The translations under genes were made by a program, and so were the position numbers. Shown here piece after piece: positions 52,537-61,633 of a DNA stretch of 64,000 bases; the stretch's first letter is position 1, and each line of letters starts with the position of its first letter. The notes beneath the pieces were generated by a model. It was not told the origin of the DNA, did no database searches, and saw nothing but the letters and a program-made list of their open reading frames with translations. Origin of the DNA: a virus; the IMG/VR virus record IMGVR_UViG_3300027782_000032, positions 64,001 through 128,000 of that record; one strand, written 5' to 3'.

Positions 52537-54440
52537 ATAACCCCATATTGCTGCTGTAGTATAGATCTAGCACCTGCTGTCTGAGCCTGTTGTCTGATGT
52601 TGCCTATAGTCTGCTTAACCAAGCTGTGAATAACTGGGTCTTGAGACTTGAGCTTAGTCATCTCAGATTGCCTCTGAGACTCAGGCATGGACATCAGCTG
52701 GTCTGCAAGTGTTTGAGCCTTTGACTGCAAATCTTGAGGCGTTACTTTCTGGTTAGGAGATGTAGGCGTAGCTAACGACATACCTTGAGCTGCTGCTCCA
52801 GCTGCTCCAGCCGGAGGAGCCTGCCCTGGAGCAGGAGGAGCTCCATAGCCTGGAGGCTGCTGGCCTTCTTGTCCTTGCTGTCCTTGCTGTATCTGATCTA
52901 TAACAGGAGGAGCCATTTGCTCCATTAGTGCAGACTGATCCATATCCTCTTGCATCTTAGCCTGCTCTTCTTGTTTAAACCTTTCTTCTTCCATCATCTG
53001 ACGCTGCTCATCCTTGAAGTTGAGCCCAAGGCTTCTGAGAACGCCTGTCTGACTTACCTGCTGTGACTGCATCAACTGCATCTTGGACATGATAAGCTGT
53101 ACATCGTCTAGAATGCTTGGCCTAATCAGTTTGCATACTGCAGGCTCCCATCCAAACGCGTCGCCTATGTCCTTAGTTAACTGCCTCAGGAATGCGTTTA
53201 GGCAATGCACTAGATAGTACCAGCTAGACTCAAACAGCCTAATAGCTGGAAGAGCAGCTTGAAGATTCAATGTGCCACGATATAACTCTGCAGGCATACC
53301 AAACCCGTTGAGCAACATGTTGATGCCTGACTCTAATAGATCGTTAGGTGCTAGGTTCTTAGCCTCTCCACCTAGCGATTGATACTGAATAGGAGTGCTA
53401 AGGAAGTGCCACGCTGCTGGGTCTTTCCTTCTCTTCCTAAGCATGGCTTGGACCTGTCCTCTAAGACCTCCTAAGTCCATGTTCATTAAAGGGTCTCCAC
53501 CTTCTGGCAGGGAGCTAGACTGCGGCTGAGGGCTTAGAACCCTAAACGGAATAACGTAGTCCAATGCTATAGCTTCATTGTATCTGTGAAGAACTTGGCA
53601 ATACCAAGCGTGTCTGAAGTTAACCAGAGTTCTAGAGATGCCCCAACCTCTAGACCTTACGCCTGAAAGGGTTGGTTCGTACATATGGTGAATAGCGCCT
53701 TTATCAAACAATAAGAAGCCATTAGCTGCTACTGCCTCTACAATCTCCCATGGTACAGTTTCAAGTACCTGTGGATCTCCTCTTCTTACCTGCATTCTAT
53801 AGTCCTCTGGTATACGCCAGAGGTAGTCTCGGTTATCGCGTACAGGGTCGTGCCTGATCTCCATCTCTACTGCAGGCCATCTTCTTACTCTTACTTCGTC
53901 TATCTCGTTGGTTCTTCTGTCTGTTCTTTTCCAAATGCCTGTGTACTTACACTTAGGGCAGTTAGCGCTAAAGTCTGGCATCTTCCACTTAAATGCGAAG
54001 TTAGAGTTATTGATAACTTCCTTAAGTGGAACATCAAGGAAGCATTGAGGACAGGCAAGATAACGCCTGAACGGTACAACAAGCGTAGTAAAGCTATTAC
54101 CATAACATAAGAAGTCCAAGCCTACAGAGTGGAGAATAGTTCTTATGTCTAAGGTCTCGTTCAAGAAAGTCTCGTACTTTTCTCTCTCGTCGTCGCCTAT
54201 GTTCTTGTTGCCTACGCCCTTGATCTCTATCTCGGTTATAAAATAGCTGAGAATACGCCTAGCGGCTTCTCTGATCATTGAGTTGGAATTGAATATGAAC
54301 TCGCAATAGCGTAGAGCGTCGCGTATGTTCTCTGGCATTACGGTGCTAGCGTAATCCATGAATGGGTCTGGAAACGGCTCATCACCCCTATTGTTAAGGG
54401 CCCATCCTCTACCTAACGCACCTTCAGAGTAATCAGACAT
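52533..54440 (-). CDS. Probable portal protein with an inserted zinc ribbon and a Gln/Pro-rich tail
   Basis: 635 aa; DFLCYGNSF resembles the portal D-x3-x-GN motif; CPQC...CPKC insert. Call is by pattern recall. Confidence 0.55.
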   Translation of the reverse strand: MSDYSEGALGRGWALNNRGDEPFPDPFMDYASTVMPENIRDALRYCEFIFNSNSMIREAARRILSYFITEIEIKGVGNKNIGDDEREKYETFLNETLDIRTILHSVGLDFLCYGNSFTTLVVPFRRYLACPQCFLDVPLKEVINNSNFAFKWKMPDFSANCPKCKYTGIWKRTDRRTNEIDEVRVRRWPAVEMEIRHDPVRDNRDYLWRIPEDYRMQVRRGDPQVLETVPWEIVEAVAANGFLLFDKGAIHHMYEPTLSGVRSRGWGISRTLVNFRHAWYCQVLHRYNEAIALDYVIPFRVLSPQPQSSSLPEGGDPLMNMDLGGLRGQVQAMLRKRRKDPAAWHFLSTPIQYQSLGGEAKNLAPNDLLESGINMLLNGFGMPAELYRGTLNLQAALPAIRLFESSWYYLVHCLNAFLRQLTKDIGDAFGWEPAVCKLIRPSILDDVQLIMSKMQLMQSQQVSQTGVLRSLGLNFKDEQRQMMEEERFKQEEQAKMQEDMDQSALMEQMAPPVIDQIQQGQQGQEGQQPPGYGAPPAPGQAPPAGAAGAAAQGMSLATPTSPNQKVTPQDLQSKAQTLADQLMSMPESQRQSEMTKLKSQDPVIHSLVKQTIGNIRQQAQTAGARSILQQQYGVM

Positions 54441-54479
54441 TGTAAGATAGGCCTCCTGCCTCGTTACTATATTTAAGTA

Positions 54480-55241
54480 TTAAAGGACGCCTTCTTCTAT
54501 AACCTTTGCAGGGTCGACGTCTCTTTTGCTAGCTCTATCATCATACTCTTTTTGTGGAGACGTCTCCACTGGCTTATCTTCAACAAGCTCTTGTATTAGT
54601 TCAGCCGGCATAGACTTCTCTTGAGAGATTGGAACCAAGCAATGCTCGTAAGGTCCAAACTTGTGCTGAAGAATAGGAGGTTTAACTATAAACAAGCTGT
54701 CTATACCTTCTACCATCACCCCTATGTAAGCGTCAGCCTCGTTAGCTAGTTTGCTGGTAAACGGATAAAACTCTCCAGGCCCTGCATACCTCATATCAGT
54801 TGTAAGCACTAGATACCCTGGGGTTATTGTAGCACCGTGATACTTGTAGTTTAAAGTTGCTAAGCTTGGCATGTCAAAGTACACCCTTACCATAGGAGGT
54901 GTAACTGATGCCTCTGGCAGCTGTGCTGCAGGATGAACATGATTAGCACCATCAATCGTAGATGCTACCGTGCCTAGACTAGGAGGAGTAGTAGCAGATG
55001 CAGTAGTAGAGAATCGCCTTAAGTTATCAGATATCATCTTGGACCTTTCTGCTTGAGCAAGTTTTCTAAGGTCCTGACTATTGTCATCTTTGACCTTGTA
55101 AGGATTGGCTGTTGGCTTAATAGTATTTAAATCAATAACAAAGGAGTCACTCTCGTGCGGGTCTACTATCATCTTGGTAACTGATCTGCTGTGGTCTATA
55201 GTAGACCCTCCTGTTACTGGTGCTAGTCTTGAATCTGACAT
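54480..55241 (-). CDS. Hypothetical protein
   Basis: Start moved to 55241 (AAGGA RBS); contains the palindrome (VETSPQ). Confidence 0.7.
   Translation of the reverse strand: MSDSRLAPVTGGSTIDHSRSVTKMIVDPHESDSFVIDLNTIKPTANPYKVKDDNSQDLRKLAQAERSKMISDNLRRFSTTASATTPPSLGTVASTIDGANHVHPAAQLPEASVTPPMVRVYFDMPSLATLNYKYHGATITPGYLVLTTDMRYAGPGEFYPFTSKLANEADAYIGVMVEGIDSLFIVKPPILQHKFGPYEHCLVPISQEKSMPAELIQELVEDKPVETSPQKEYDDRASKRDVDPAKVIEEGVL
54555..54568. repeat. Iterated palindrome copy 9 (in CDS)
   Basis: Read directly from the sequence. Confidence 0.95.
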
Positions 55242-55316
55242 TAGTGAATCCTTCCTAAGTTTAACTCTACTGTAACCTAACACAGCGTTTTACTGTTTAT
55301 AAGGATAATAAGCAAC

Positions 55317-55454
55317 ATGATATCTTACGAAGAAGTAGATATATATAAGTTTTTTAGCCTACTGCTTATCGTAGCGGCTGTCTACCTATTAGCTCTAGGT
55401 ATACCTATTATACTTGATATCTTATTGTCAGATCCTTTTGACGACCATAGCTGA
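55317..55454 (+). CDS. 45-aa single-pass membrane peptide (MISYEEVDIYKFFSLLLIVAAVYLLALGIPIILDILLSDPFDDHS)
   Basis: Below the ORF-track cutoff; AAGGA upstream; its TGA stop is part of the T9 tail. Confidence 0.5.
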   Translation: MISYEEVDIYKFFSLLLIVAAVYLLALGIPIILDILLSDPFDDHS

Positions 55455-55503
55455 TAGCTAAAAAAAACAATCCGACGCCCTCCTAAGAGGGAATCGGATT
55501 GTG
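55452..55503 (-). terminator. Terminator T9 with AGCTATCA tail
   Basis: ACAATCCGA...TCGGATTGT long stem followed by a T-tract and AGCTATCA. Confidence 0.85.
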
Positions 55504-55507
55504 AGTT

Positions 55508-56158
55508 TTACTTGGTGACAGACTGCCGTGGCAGCCTTACCCTATTAGGCTGGAAGAACTTGTACAGCTCCTCCAGACCAAGTCCGGCAGCCTCCAAGGA
55601 GGACCTGGTAACCACCTGAGGCTTTGGTAAGCCGTCTTGATCTACGAGTCCGTCTACGCACTCGTATATTCTAGCTGGCTCAGCTAAAACCGAATCCTCC
55701 AAAATGGCGCATGGCGCCATTCTGTATGGCGCCATCAACTTGATGGAGCCAAGAAGCGCAGCCTCTAGGGCCTCTGGAGCTTCCGCACCAGAAGCTATAG
55801 AAAGAGACTCAAGACTGACGTCGTCCGAAGACGACATCATTCCGTAACCAATTGGAAGTGCAACTGCCTGAGGGATTAGATCGCCCGTATCGAACCGGTC
55901 CAAAGCCCGGTCGAACGCCCTCCTGTTGGAGGGGGATCTTTTGCAGAAAGGCCTAAAGGCCTTTCCCAGAGGATCGATTGCTTGCCTAGCCACGTACCCG
56001 TAAGGGTACGCCTTAGCCCTGGAAAACACGCCAACTACCCCGTTAGGGTAGCCGACAATAACGCCTGTTTGCCCTACAGGCAAAAAGGATTCTTTAAACC
56101 CCTCCTCCCATGCCGATGGAGTTATGGTGATTAGAGCCAAGTCCTTTAGCTGAGACAT
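55508..56158 (-). CDS. Hypothetical protein (cassette gene)
   Basis: 216 aa, AGGAG RBS. Confidence 0.72.
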   Translation of the reverse strand: MSQLKDLALITITPSAWEEGFKESFLPVGQTGVIVGYPNGVVGVFSRAKAYPYGYVARQAIDPLGKAFRPFCKRSPSNRRAFDRALDRFDTGDLIPQAVALPIGYGMMSSSDDVSLESLSIASGAEAPEALEAALLGSIKLMAPYRMAPCAILEDSVLAEPARIYECVDGLVDQDGLPKPQVVTRSSLEAAGLGLEELYKFFQPNRVRLPRQSVTK

Positions 56159-56176
56159 GCAGATACTCCTTGAAAA

Positions 56177-56458
56177 TTACTTCTTCTTTACCCATAGAAT
56201 ACTGTCCTTCGGGACAGTAAGCTGGGGCCTTGGGGCCCCTTTAGTATCGGGTCTCAGTGTGCAGGCCACTTGGCCATCACTCTGAGCCCTTCGTCGGACC
56301 ACTTCTCTGAGTGATCCTCCGTATTGGACATGTGGCCTGTAACCAGGGCCAGCACCGTCCTGGGATACCTTCCCATTTTTACCCTTTGAAAAGTTGACCC
56401 ATAAAAGGGCCACTACAAAGGAGGTCAACACAAGGCCTGCCACCGTGTTTTCAAACAT
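56177..56458 (-). CDS. Small membrane-anchored protein (cassette gene)
   Basis: N-terminal TM helix; start taken at MFENTV (56458). Confidence 0.6.
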   Translation of the reverse strand: MFENTVAGLVLTSFVVALLWVNFSKGKNGKVSQDGAGPGYRPHVQYGGSLREVVRRRAQSDGQVACTLRPDTKGAPRPQLTVPKDSILWVKKK

Positions 56459-56494
56459 GGCCGCCCCTTTCTGCCACCCATAAGGTAGCACTAT

Positions 56495-56522
56495 ATTATG
56501 ACGCGTTTAAGAGCTGGATTTA
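56495..56522 (-). promoter_or_regulatory. Cassette promoter P9
   Basis: TAAATCCAGCTCTTAAACGCGTCATAAT (variant upstream box). Confidence 0.68.
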
Positions 56523-56523
56523 G

Positions 56524-56880
56524 CTAAGATTTGAAGTACTCATCATCGTCGTCAAACACCTCCATGTCGTCAAACATGGAGCCGTTAGGGTCTAATTCTG
56601 TACTCTTAGGCTCGTAAGAAAGGTCAGCCTCTACCTGTCCATCTGAATTGATTAACTTGCGTGGAGGAAGGGATATGTGCATCCTCTCTCCATAAAAGAC
56701 GTGGCAGCTCACCCGCTTGCCGTTGTAAGAACGGAGCTTCTCTACAAAGTCTTCCTTGCTACTGAAAGATAAACACTCAGGATAACCATGAGAGGGTACA
56801 ACAACGATGTGATATAAATCCTTCGCTGTCTGGCCCGAATCACTTTCGTTCAGGCCATTGTCCATTTTGGTTACCTTCAT
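56524..56880 (-). CDS. Hypothetical protein
   Basis: 118-aa ORF with an acidic tail. Confidence 0.65.
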   Translation of the reverse strand: MKVTKMDNGLNESDSGQTAKDLYHIVVVPSHGYPECLSFSSKEDFVEKLRSYNGKRVSCHVFYGERMHISLPPRKLINSDGQVEADLSYEPKSTELDPNGSMFDDMEVFDDDDEYFKS

Positions 56881-57136
56881 AAATAGCAGTTATGGCTACC
56901 AGAACTGACCTTCTGGTCATCTCCTTGTCCAACCATCTGCTGTCCATTCCAGGTGCAGACGTTGCAACAATGGTGAACTGGTTATTGAACAGCCACTCGT
57001 TAATAGTGTCGTCCAATGGCTCGTTTATGCGTACAAGCCTCCAATCGTCTGGAGCTGCTCCAGCCGGTCGTTCGTAAACTCTCTCCTCTACGAACGTTTT
57101 TGTTTTGCGATATATGAAATCAGTTGGGTGGTTCAT
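56840..57136 (-). CDS. Hypothetical protein
   Basis: 98-aa ORF overlapping both neighbours. Confidence 0.6.
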   Translation of the reverse strand: MNHPTDFIYRKTKTFVEERVYERPAGAAPDDWRLVRINEPLDDTINEWLFNNQFTIVATSAPGMDSRWLDKEMTRRSVLVAITAIYEGNQNGQWPERK

Positions 57137-57782
57137 TGTTTACTACTTTCATTAAATACTTAGCTTCATAGCTAGCTGGACACTTAATTAGTTTAGGAAC
57201 TGGAAAGCCTTTGTACCCCCAGCTATGGGTTGAGCCGTCCATCTTCCACAGATAAGGCTCTATAGTCAAGCTCGGATCCTTAGGGTCTGGTATCCTAACC
57301 TTGACCATTTCACAAAGAAACATGTGACCTTTTGCACGATTAAGTATCGTAAACTTACCTATCGCCTTCTGTATAACGTGCCAGTGCTCTATCGGAACAA
57401 AGGATAGCATACGGTCATGTCCGCCGCTGTTATCAGGGTAATCAAGACCGTCGAATATGCGTCTGTTGAAGATAACATAGCTAACCAAGTTCTGATTATC
57501 AGACCATATCTGGTACTCTTTAAGAGGGTCAAAGTCCAAACCTCCCTTTGAGAAAAGAGCTGTATGGTTAAAGAATACAAAGTCATTAGAAAGGCTATGA
57601 AGTGAATCTGAAAGCTCAACCCTCTTCAAAGGAGGGAGCTTCTTAAGCTCTTCTAATGTTGGGTTCTCTATACCACCATCAACTACACCTTCGGCTACAG
57701 GGACCCTTCCCTCTAGCGTAGTTTCTGGTACGTCTTTAAGCCTAGCCTCTATCTCTTCTTGGCTTAGTCTCTTATCACTCAT
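57120..57782 (-). CDS. Hypothetical protein
   Basis: Start at MSDKRL overlaps the upstream stop region. Confidence 0.68.
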   Translation of the reverse strand: MSDKRLSQEEIEARLKDVPETTLEGRVPVAEGVVDGGIENPTLEELKKLPPLKRVELSDSLHSLSNDFVFFNHTALFSKGGLDFDPLKEYQIWSDNQNLVSYVIFNRRIFDGLDYPDNSGGHDRMLSFVPIEHWHVIQKAIGKFTILNRAKGHMFLCEMVKVRIPDPKDPSLTIEPYLWKMDGSTHSWGYKGFPVPKLIKCPASYEAKYLMKVVNNEPPN

Positions 57783-58770
57783 GGTTAGCCTTTGCAATAG
57801 TTAGGGTTACGTTGCCTAAACGATCCACCAACCATACTGATTTCTTATCTGATAAACAGTCAAACGGAGAACCTAAGTCATAAAAAGATTTTGTTACTTC
57901 TTGGTTCTGATCACCAATGTTGCTGTCAGTAGAGTGGAATGCTATTGTACAAATACCTTTTCCTGAGGTGTTAGTTCTGCATTTTTTGAAGCAGCATAAG
58001 GCTTCTTTGTACCTACCCCTTCTACCTATCTTGGAGCCTACCCTTCGCTCTGCTGCTGTTGCTTTTGGGTTGAACCCATGGCACAACTCATCCACTAGCA
58101 GCAAGTTTAGGGGAGTTAACTTACTTGATTCTTTAATTAAAGAGAACAAGCCATCCTTTGATCTTAGCTTGTCAGTCCAGTCATCTGGATGGATCTTCCT
58201 ATAGTACTTGTTAAACTTCTTGTTGTAGGACCTCATGCTAAGGTGGAGACAGTTCTGCAAGTTGTTCTCAGCGCAATCTAGGATGTGAGATATTACACAA
58301 TCTAGATCCTTTCTCTTTCCAAATACAACCATAGGAATAGACGAAGATACAGACTCAGTCATTCCTGCATCAAACCTGTAAGTCTGGTTACGCTTGTTGT
58401 CTACCTCTGCTATTACATTTTTAAGGGCAGCAGTCTTCTTACTTAAGTTAGTCGTCATGTCCCTCTTGTGGCTAGGAATAAACTTTGCCAAATAGCCAGC
58501 TACTCTCATGCAAGTCTTTGGCAGCAGGCACCTATCAATAGGAGTAGTTCTAGCAAGCGATAGAACATCCTTCTTAAGTCTTGCTATAGCTTCTTCTGAT
58601 GCCCCTGCAGCCTTTGCTTGAGATTCTAGGTCTTCTATAGCTCTCCACTGAAGCATCTGAGAAAGCCTTAAAGCGTCCATAAAATAAGCTGTAGTTGATG
58701 CTGCGCTAGGAGCTGACAATATTGTTTCTGCAGCTTTTACTTGACTTTCACTATCAAATGGCTTCTTCAT
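57775..58770 (-). CDS. Hypothetical protein, possibly a degenerate P-loop NTPase
   Basis: LLLVDEL is Walker-B-like but there is no clear Walker A; AAAGGA RBS at 58770. Confidence 0.5.
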   Translation of the reverse strand: MKKPFDSESQVKAAETILSAPSAASTTAYFMDALRLSQMLQWRAIEDLESQAKAAGASEEAIARLKKDVLSLARTTPIDRCLLPKTCMRVAGYLAKFIPSHKRDMTTNLSKKTAALKNVIAEVDNKRNQTYRFDAGMTESVSSSIPMVVFGKRKDLDCVISHILDCAENNLQNCLHLSMRSYNKKFNKYYRKIHPDDWTDKLRSKDGLFSLIKESSKLTPLNLLLVDELCHGFNPKATAAERRVGSKIGRRGRYKEALCCFKKCRTNTSGKGICTIAFHSTDSNIGDQNQEVTKSFYDLGSPFDCLSDKKSVWLVDRLGNVTLTIAKANHE

Positions 58771-58787
58771 ATAATCCTTTCTTATAA

Positions 58788-59399
58788 TTAAAACTGTAAG
58801 CCTGAACCATACTGCTCTATAAGAACAGAGCAAACATAAACTGCATCGGCTATGTTATCCACACCAGTGCTTTCATAGCCTTCTACTTCAAAGTTAAAAC
58901 CAAACTCTTTATTGCAAGCAGCGATAATATCGCTCTTGTTGGCGTTGCCCTTTCCAGTAGCTCTCTTTTTAATAGTACCGATAGGAATACCTGTAATAGG
59001 TATTCCCTGCGCCTCACACCAAGTAGCCGCAGTAGCTTTAAGCGCACCAAACCACTCGCAAGCAGGGGCGGCCCTAGCCAACAAAGCACCAACGCTTTGA
59101 AAGCCTGTATTAGGAGGAGTGTACCTAACGTCTTCAAATGCTACAAGGTCTGGCTTGATAGCAGCTAGAAAGTGTCTTAACCTTATAAACCTTATAGCTC
59201 CTGAGTCATAAGGCCCAGCTGATAAGTCCAGCTGACCAGCGTGCATTCTTCTCTCAGAAGAACCCTTAGTTAAAAAACAATAAGAGTATCCACAGGATGT
59301 TCCTAAATCTAATCCAAGAACTGTCATAGTACCTTCAGGTCTTACTGAAGATACTTTTTCTTTTAAAACTTCTGGGCATCTTTCCATGTCATGCTTCAT
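58788..59399 (-). CDS. ruvC: RuvC-like Holliday junction resolvase
   Basis: VLGLDLGT, VAFED, IKKRATGKGNANKSDI, DNIADA. Confidence 0.85.
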   Translation of the reverse strand: MKHDMERCPEVLKEKVSSVRPEGTMTVLGLDLGTSCGYSYCFLTKGSSERRMHAGQLDLSAGPYDSGAIRFIRLRHFLAAIKPDLVAFEDVRYTPPNTGFQSVGALLARAAPACEWFGALKATAATWCEAQGIPITGIPIGTIKKRATGKGNANKSDIIAACNKEFGFNFEVEGYESTGVDNIADAVYVCSVLIEQYGSGLQF

Positions 59400-59411
59400 T
59401 TAAACCCCTTA

Positions 59412-60194
59412 TTAGTTTACCTTCTTAAATCCTCGTTCAGACATCTCTCTAAACTCCTCAAAAAGATGATGAGTAAGTTTACAGTCAAAGTCAGCTTCGT
59501 GAGCGCTGCCTTGAAGGCTGTGCTTATTAACTAAGTCATATTTCTTAGAACAGTGCTTGTCTAAAGAACTGTAAAGCCTTCCACCTTCTTTTATAAGCCT
59601 TACATTGAAGCTAAACCAATCGTCACCAGGGTTAGGAGTCAGCTTACACTGACTTCCACGCTCTAGACCCATAGTATCAAAGTAGCTCATGCCTGAGCCT
59701 TCAAGGCTGAAGCTCTCGTTGTCGCCTCTAAGTTGCTTTACGCACCTATCTATCATTGGCTGGTCAAACCTAAGCCCGTTATGTGCTATAAAACTGAACT
59801 TATTAGCCTTACATAGTTTAACTATGTCCATAAAGTGAGTAAAAGCATCGTAGGCAGGTATGCCATGCTGCTTCATTCTTGAAATGCTGTGCTTATACAC
59901 AGAAGTGCCAGGCTCTCCAGGGTTCTTAGAGTCCATAGCGTTTTTGGTAAAAGCCATGCGGTTATCAAGCCAAGCACAAAAGTCTGGGCTGCTGTTATGA
60001 GTCCAGTCCACTATGAAGCTGCCGCAATCAACTAGTGAGCGATTGTGTACTAGAACATACCCCAACTGCACCACTAAGTCGTTTGATAAATCCAAGCCTG
60101 TTGACTCAACATCAAACACTATGTAGTTGGAAGGTAGCGGTCCAAGTTTAGATACTACCTTAGCCATCCACACGTCAGACTCTTCATCTATCAT
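59412..60194 (-). CDS. DEDDh 3'-5' exonuclease (DnaQ-like)
   Basis: ExoI FDVESTG, ExoII AHNGLRFD, ExoIII AHEADFD. Confidence 0.88.
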   Translation of the reverse strand: MIDEESDVWMAKVVSKLGPLPSNYIVFDVESTGLDLSNDLVVQLGYVLVHNRSLVDCGSFIVDWTHNSSPDFCAWLDNRMAFTKNAMDSKNPGEPGTSVYKHSISRMKQHGIPAYDAFTHFMDIVKLCKANKFSFIAHNGLRFDQPMIDRCVKQLRGDNESFSLEGSGMSYFDTMGLERGSQCKLTPNPGDDWFSFNVRLIKEGGRLYSSLDKHCSKKYDLVNKHSLQGSAHEADFDCKLTHHLFEEFREMSERGFKKVN

Positions 60195-60206
60195 AAGTCT
60201 TCCTAA

Positions 60207-60710
60207 CTATTTTTTAAAAAACGAAACAACCCTGTCGTATGCTCTTCCAAGTATAGACCTTCGTTTATAGAAGATACCGTCCATGGAAGACCCAACCAGT
60301 TCAACAAACCTCTTGTCGTTTAATGGTGACGGCTCGTCCTCAACTAAAACATCTCGTATAGAAGAATAGAACGCAGCCATCATCGTCTCACCAAGAGCGG
60401 CGTAGATTAACATCTTTGCTGAGTCATTACATTCAAATAATCCTGATTTTTCCATAGTGTCCTTAACATTATTAGGGCATTCATCAGGCCGTCCGCACAT
60501 TGCCATGTAGTTAGCCATAGCCTTAGCAGCCTTTGAAAGAGCTTCGTCAGTTACATGATGATGCTTAACTAGATCCATAAACCATGGAAGTCCTGTGCCT
60601 TTGCTAACCCTATCCATAGCAGACTGCATGATTTGAGGCCAGCAGTACGCTATGTCTCTTGAAGGGTTATATCTCCTACGATCTACGTGTCCTAAAATAT
60701 TGGTTGTCAA
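60207..60710 (-). CDS. Hypothetical protein
   Basis: 167-aa ORF. Confidence 0.68.
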   Translation of the reverse strand: MTTNILGHVDRRRYNPSRDIAYCWPQIMQSAMDRVSKGTGLPWFMDLVKHHHVTDEALSKAAKAMANYMAMCGRPDECPNNVKDTMEKSGLFECNDSAKMLIYAALGETMMAAFYSSIRDVLVEDEPSPLNDKRFVELVGSSMDGIFYKRRSILGRAYDRVVSFFKK

Positions 60711-60721
60711 CTTAATCTCCT

Positions 60722-61630
60722 TTAATCTACTAGATTTAAACTTGTATTAATTACGCAATCGACACACTTACCTGGTTTTCCTGGGTCTATCCAAGATACT
60801 TTGTTACATACATCACAGTGCTTTTCTTGATAGGTATTCAAATGAGTAGCGGCTTCGCATTCGCTTAGACCTGCTGGGCACCTATGACAATTAACTGTTA
60901 CAGGGTACTCACGTGGGCACCTAAACTCTTCATTCCTATGTATAGACCTATACCTCTTTCTGAGCAATTCCCTGTTCTTTGACACTACATAGTCATTACA
61001 TAGAAACTCTGTGTAGTCAGGCTTATCCCTTACAGCTAGGTGATCAAAGTAACCTAGGAAGTATAGACTTGTAAAGTTAGATTCATCTAGATATGGATAT
61101 TTATTATTATCTTCGCTTCTGCTGAAACCTATTCTGTACTTTGCGTAGTTGCACATGTCGGATGACCAAAACCTTCTATATAACATAGAGCTGGCTGGTC
61201 CGCTCATAACGTCAAGGTCTACCCATATACCTCGCTGCTTGTTACCGTCTTTAAAAGACCTTACAGCCTTCTCTATACTTACTATCTTTATAAGGCCCCA
61301 GTCAGACCTTATTCTCCAGTCAGTGTCCTTGACCTGCTCGCCTTGCATTAGAAGAGGCATATTACCAGCTATCTTTGCAGCTATAGATTCTACGTCTCTA
61401 GCTGTAATAGGCTGCCTTAAATATTTAAGAAGCATATCTTGAGAGAAGGCAAAGTCTATACATGCCTTTGGAATACAAAATGATAAAGCAGCTGAAGCAG
61501 AACTAATAGAATCGCTTGTAAGAATGCTGCCACAAAAAGGAATGAGAGCATCAACAACCCGCTTGCGAGTGTTGAGTATTTTCGACGAAGACACCTTAAC
61601 CTTCTCATCACTAAGCCTCCTGCTAAACAT
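60722..61630 (-). CDS. Hypothetical protein with C-terminal Cys clusters (probable Zn-binding)
   Basis: CHRCP...C...H...CDVC...CVDC. Confidence 0.68.
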   Translation of the reverse strand: MFSRRLSDEKVKVSSSKILNTRKRVVDALIPFCGSILTSDSISSASAALSFCIPKACIDFAFSQDMLLKYLRQPITARDVESIAAKIAGNMPLLMQGEQVKDTDWRIRSDWGLIKIVSIEKAVRSFKDGNKQRGIWVDLDVMSGPASSMLYRRFWSSDMCNYAKYRIGFSRSEDNNKYPYLDESNFTSLYFLGYFDHLAVRDKPDYTEFLCNDYVVSKNRELLRKRYRSIHRNEEFRCPREYPVTVNCHRCPAGLSECEAATHLNTYQEKHCDVCNKVSWIDPGKPGKCVDCVINTSLNLVD

Positions 61631-61633
61631 TAA

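Noticed and set aside
57775-58770. DnaB/RecA-type helicase call
   Set aside because: Only a Walker-B-like segment is visible and there is no convincing Walker A.
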